Notes under the pieces: model-generated
What the model was told of the DNA's origin: nothing
The model's database searches: none
What the model saw: the letters and a program-made list of their open reading frames with translations, nothing else
Program-made: the position numbers and the translations under genes
In this document: piece after piece, positions 60,276 through 64,000 of the stretch
How positions within the stretch are numbered: the first letter of the stretch is position 1
Layout: each line of letters opens with the position of its first letter
Assembly: GCA_937925685.1 (NCBI GenBank)
Contig: CALAMI010000008.1
Span: 7,125 to 71,124 of the forward strand
From: Candidatus Binatia bacterium
GTDB lineage: Bacteria > Desulfobacterota > Binatia > HRBIN30
Direction of reading: 5' to 3'
DNA: 64,000 nucleotides

Positions 60276-60875
60276 GTGAGCCGTGTTCCGACAGGCCCGC
60301 GAGCGTGCTTCGTGCTTGCGGGCCTCCTTCCTCTCGTTAATTTTCTCATGCCCCTATGGGGAATCCGGTTGTACGCTCCACAATACCCCGAGGGCATCTC
60401 GATGTACATCTGGATCAACAGGATCAGTGGTCAGGTCGACTTGGTCAATGGTTTGAACCACTACATCGGAATGAAGCCCATCGATCCGTCCGGTATCCCT
60501 GAATTGCGGTGGATGCCTATAGCCCTTGTGACGATGTCGCTTTGGGCATGGCTGGTCGCAGCTGCGGCAAACCGGTTATTGGCGCTGGTGTGGACGAGCG
60601 CGTATTGCCTGTTGGGCTTGGTAGGCTTGGTGGACTTTTATTTGTGGGGGTACGACTATGGTCACAACCTTGACCCCACAGCTCCGATTAAGATACCGGG
60701 AATGACGTACCAGCCGCCGCTGATTGGAACGAAGAATTTGTTGAACTTTACCGCGGTCTCGTACCCCCACGTCGGGGGTGTGGCGTTGATCCTTGCGGCG
60801 CTGTGCGGGTTACTTGGCTTGTGGCTGTTCTACCGGACACCATCGGGTTTGAGGGAGAGGAATCGGATCGAGTAA
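60276..60875 (+). CDS. nosB: NosB membrane protein (clade II)
   Basis: PLW.I.L.APQYPEG, NGLNHYIGM, YGHNLDP.API..PGM.YQPPLIG.K.LLNF. Confidence 0.9.
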   Translation: MSRVPTGPRACFVLAGLLPLVNFLMPLWGIRLYAPQYPEGISMYIWINRISGQVDLVNGLNHYIGMKPIDPSGIPELRWMPIALVTMSLWAWLVAAAANRLLALVWTSAYCLLGLVGLVDFYLWGYDYGHNLDPTAPIKIPGMTYQPPLIGTKNLLNFTAVSYPHVGGVALILAALCGLLGLWLFYRTPSGLRERNRIE

Positions 60876-60881
60876 GTTTGT

Positions 60882-61349
60882 ATGGGTGGACTGTGGCACA
60901 ATCAGGGGCACGGCACGATCCTTGTCCAACTCCTAGTCTTGTGTTGTGCAGTTGGATGCCGGCCAAGCGGACCAGTGGATCTCCCCACCTCTCCGCTAAA
61001 GTGCGTACAATGCCAGATGACGATTGTAGACCAGCGTTTTGCCGCCCAGGTGCATACTCAAAAGGGCCGCGTTCTCTTCTTTGATTCTGTGGAATGCGTG
61101 CGGCAATACACGGTGGAGCACCACGATCAAATTCGCCGTGTGTATCTTCGGTCTTTTTTGAATCCACCGAGATGGATTGACGGCACGGAAGCGTGGGTGG
61201 CACGGTGGAGCGGAATTCGAAGCCCCATGGGCGGGAACCTGGCTGCGTTTGCCAGCGAGGAAGAGGCACGCGCATGGCTTGAGTCCATGGGCGCAGCTGC
61301 AGGCGACTTTGCCATCCAGCGTTGGAACGAACTGACTAGCCTAAACTAA
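60882..61349 (+). CDS. nosL: NosL copper chaperone lipoprotein
   Basis: AVGC lipobox, CVQCQMTI, FDSVEC, SPMG..LAAF. Confidence 0.9.
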   Translation: MGGLWHNQGHGTILVQLLVLCCAVGCRPSGPVDLPTSPLKCVQCQMTIVDQRFAAQVHTQKGRVLFFDSVECVRQYTVEHHDQIRRVYLRSFLNPPRWIDGTEAWVARWSGIRSPMGGNLAAFASEEEARAWLESMGAAAGDFAIQRWNELTSLN

Positions 61350-61353
61350 GACG

Positions 61354-62580
61354 GTGATGATCGCTTGGTCTTTGGCTTCGCTTATGGTGTGCGCGCATTG
61401 CGAGTACACCAATATCTCGGCAGCTCTGACGGCTGCACAACCGGGGGAGACAGTGGTGGTGGGTGCCGGTACTTATAGAGAGCTCGTAGAGGTGACCAAG
61501 CCGATTGTGCTCTTGGGACGGGGTGCCGTGGTTGACGGCGAAGGCCAACGGCCACTGGTGCACGTTCGCGCCGATGACGTTGTCATTCAAGGTTTCGATT
61601 TCGTCAATTCTGGCCGCGATTTGCTACGCGATACTGCAGCCGTGCGGGTAACCAACGCCCGGCGCTGTACCGTGGTTGACAACTATTTCCGTGACAACTT
61701 CTTTGCCGTTTACTTGGAAAACGCAGAGGCTTGTCGCATCGAACGCAATGTCATCCACGGTGTGCCACGTGGAGAAGGTGGGTCAGGCAACGGGGTCCAT
61801 GCGTGGAACTCGACTCGACTGGTTGTAAATGCCAATCAGGTCCGGGGCCACCGCGATGGAATTTATCTCGAATTTACTTCCGAAAGCGAGCTCGTAGATA
61901 ACCTTGCCACGGAGAACATTCGCTATGGTCTGCATTTCATGTATTCGGACCGCAACAAATTCGTACGGAACCACTTTGAACGAAACGGTGCCGGTGTTGC
62001 AGTCATGTACTCGCGAGACGTGGCGATGGAGCAAAATACCTTTGCCCTTCACAAAGGCAAGGCTGCGTACGGCCTGTTACTGAAGGAAATTGCTGGTTCG
62101 TCCTTGGTACGAAATTGCTTCACTGAAAACTCAGTTGCCCTTCACCTTGACCAAAGTAACCACAACGAGATTCGTCGTAACGATTTTTCCCGGAACGGCT
62201 TCGCCATTTCCCTGTGGGGCAGTGCCGAGGACAATCTTTTTACGGAAAATGTGCTCGAGGGGAACCTGATCGACGTTTACACGAACTCGCTTCAACATGG
62301 TGGGAACCGCTTCGAAGGAAATTACTATAGTGGCTACTGGGGATACGATCGCAATGGCGATGGCCATGGTGACATTCCGTTTCGGCCAGTCTCTTTTTCT
62401 GCAGTTCTCTTGGCGCGTTACCCGTTGGCTGGATTACTGGTGAAGAGTGCTTTTTTCGAGTTCCTCGATATGGCCGAGCGGCTGATTCCTGCTTTTGCCC
62501 CTGCGGAGTTAGCTGATTCGCGTCCGAAGATTCGTCGAAGCTCGGTCGTTTGCGGCCGAACCTGGGGCGCGAGTAACTGA
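61354..62580 (+). CDS. nosD: NosD beta-helix maturation protein
   Basis: GNGVHAWN, RDGIYLEF, RYGLHFMYS, GVAVMYS, Y.GYDRNGDGHGDIPFRP. Confidence 0.95.
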   Translation: MMIAWSLASLMVCAHCEYTNISAALTAAQPGETVVVGAGTYRELVEVTKPIVLLGRGAVVDGEGQRPLVHVRADDVVIQGFDFVNSGRDLLRDTAAVRVTNARRCTVVDNYFRDNFFAVYLENAEACRIERNVIHGVPRGEGGSGNGVHAWNSTRLVVNANQVRGHRDGIYLEFTSESELVDNLATENIRYGLHFMYSDRNKFVRNHFERNGAGVAVMYSRDVAMEQNTFALHKGKAAYGLLLKEIAGSSLVRNCFTENSVALHLDQSNHNEIRRNDFSRNGFAISLWGSAEDNLFTENVLEGNLIDVYTNSLQHGGNRFEGNYYSGYWGYDRNGDGHGDIPFRPVSFSAVLLARYPLAGLLVKSAFFEFLDMAERLIPAFAPAELADSRPKIRRSSVVCGRTWGASN

Positions 62581-62826
62581 CCTGATTGTAGGACTTCGGT
62601 TCCGGTGCTCAGAAGGCTTTGAGGGTGCCTGGGCTGCTCCTTTGGCGGGCTTTGGGAACCGTGGAGCGGGGTAGCGAAGCGAGAAAGGGGAGCGAGAAGG
62701 CGAGCAAGAGAAACGAGGATAGCGAGAAGCCTTTGCAAGAGAAGTCACTGAGCAGCATGAACAGTTTGGAGATTTCCAGTTGACGGCTACGACTGGCCTT
62801 CGTCGTTGCGTGAGGTGGTCAGAGCA

Positions 62827-63528
62827 ATGTTAGAAATCCGCGGCCTTTATAAATCGTTTGGACGCACTCCCGCGCTTCGCGGCGTGTCGTTGCTCGTTGC
62901 GGGAGGGCAACTTACGGCCCTCGTTGGCCCGAACGCTAGCGGGAAGAGTACCTTGATGAAAGCCGTATTAGGCCTTGTTCGCCCAAACCGCGGTGAGATC
63001 CTGTGGGAGGGACGTCCTTTGCAATCGTTCGAGCGTTATCAACGCCTGTTCGGCTACATGCCACAGAGCCCTTACTACCCTGGAAACCTGACCCCTCGGG
63101 AAATCCTAAGGATTGTCCAGGAAATCCGTGCCATCAATGGGAAAAGCTTCGAACCTTTTGTGGAGAATTTTCGCTTTGGAGAATTTATGGACCGTCCGGT
63201 GGGCACGCTGTCGTTAGGTACTCGGCAAAAGTTGAGCGCGATCCTTGCTTTGGGAGTAGCCGCACCAGTGTTGATTCTGGACGAGCCCACCGTTGGCTTC
63301 GATCCGGTCGCTGCAGGTGTATTTCGGAGGCTGTTCTTGGAGCAGAAGGCTCGAGGCACGGCAATTTTATTTGTGTCCCATCTACTGCAAGAGGTGCAAG
63401 CCGTAGCGGATTGCCTGGCCTTTCTTGACGAAGGACAGATTGTGTTTTCGGGGTCGCCTGCGGAGCTCCAGCGGCGCACGCAAACCAGTTCGTTGGAGGA
63501 GGCGGTATTATCTTTGTTCGATTGCTGA
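62827..63528 (+). CDS. nosF: NosF ABC ATPase
   Basis: GPNASGKSTL, GYMPQ, LSLGTRQK, LDEPTVG; position in the nos cluster. Confidence 0.9.
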   Translation: MLEIRGLYKSFGRTPALRGVSLLVAGGQLTALVGPNASGKSTLMKAVLGLVRPNRGEILWEGRPLQSFERYQRLFGYMPQSPYYPGNLTPREILRIVQEIRAINGKSFEPFVENFRFGEFMDRPVGTLSLGTRQKLSAILALGVAAPVLILDEPTVGFDPVAAGVFRRLFLEQKARGTAILFVSHLLQEVQAVADCLAFLDEGQIVFSGSPAELQRRTQTSSLEEAVLSLFDC

Positions 63529-64000
63529 GTTACGAGCTGCGCCATCTGCTGAGAGCCCGTTGGCTTTACGCTTACGCAGCGCTGTTTTTAGCGGTGGCCT
63601 CGCTTACGCTGACGTTTAGCGAAGGCAGCGACCGTACGCTCCTGATCTTGACGCACGCTAGCCTGCTCGTTGTTCCGCTTGTCAGCGCTGTGGCGGCAGC
63701 CAACTCGATTTATGCCAGGCGGCCTTACGATGCGTTCCTGCTGACGCAACCGGTTTCCCGCGCGGCAGTGTTCTTCGCATCAGTCGTGTCCTTGGTCCTG
63801 GCTTTTGGGGCGAGCTTTTTTCTTCCTGTAGCGGCGCTGACCCTGCCCGCTGGACTGCCGCTGGCGCCGACCATGCAAATGTTGCTAGCTAACGTGGCCT
63901 TGTCGACGACCTGCGTGCTGACGGGGGTGTTGGTGGCCACTTGGGTTGAAGAGCGAACCCGTGGTCTTGGCGCACTGCTTATCACGTGGTTGGCAACAGC
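63522..64000 (+). CDS. nosY: NosY ABC permease (partial, runs off the window; absent from the ORF track)
   Basis: Manual translation: LLSYELRHLLRARWLYAYAALF...LLVVPLVS...IYARRPYDAFLLTQPVSR; start codon uncertain (TTG 63522 or ATT 63507). Confidence 0.85.
   Translation, partial: MLSYELRHLLRARWLYAYAALFLAVASLTLTFSEGSDRTLLILTHASLLVVPLVSAVAAANSIYARRPYDAFLLTQPVSRAAVFFASVVSLVLAFGASFFLPVAALTLPAGLPLAPTMQMLLANVALSTTCVLTGVLVATWVEERTRGLGALLITWLAT

Noticed and set aside
1-64000. CRISPR array, IS/transposase, prophage, rRNA
   Set aside because: No regularly spaced direct repeats or recognisable mobile-element or rRNA sequence seen by eye

Overview
GC-rich bacterial chromosomal window with no recognisable phage, IS, CRISPR or rRNA. 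Gene content suggests a diderm of the former Deltaproteobacteria, most likely Candidatus Binatia/Binatota. This is an inference from the argS-SPOR order, lptD, and the GDCxGDGxVTVDEI dockerin-like tail on a Cys-rich secreted protein. Layout: (1) 1-11.7 kb housekeeping operon argS-SPOR-trpEGDCFBA-folC-lptD. (2) 11.7-29.7 kb block of uncharacterised secreted, Cys-rich proteins: three tandem paralogs, an FG-GAP lipoprotein, and two paralogs with different C-termini flanking a tRNA-Met(CAT), plus two ABC systems and an LMF1-family membrane protein. (3) LLM flavin monooxygenase, recO, grpE-dnaK-dnaJ and an LpoA-like lipoprotein. (4) 37.7-51.3 kb Pil/Chp-like chemosensory operon with unusual parts: a CheW-PATAN-like fusion, a 3-Hpt CheA, no CheR/CheB, and a 1399-aa coiled coil ending in pseudo-receivers. 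(5) A secreted protein with an IPTL-CTERM-like tail, thiL and larB. (6) A clade II N2O reductase cluster (cyt c-nosZ-nosB-nosL-nosD-nosF-nosY, running off the end), with a perfect palindrome just upstream of nosZ. The best candidates for undescribed systems are the paralogous surface-protein block and the chemosensory/coiled-coil operon. All calls come from motif recognition by eye; no searches were run.
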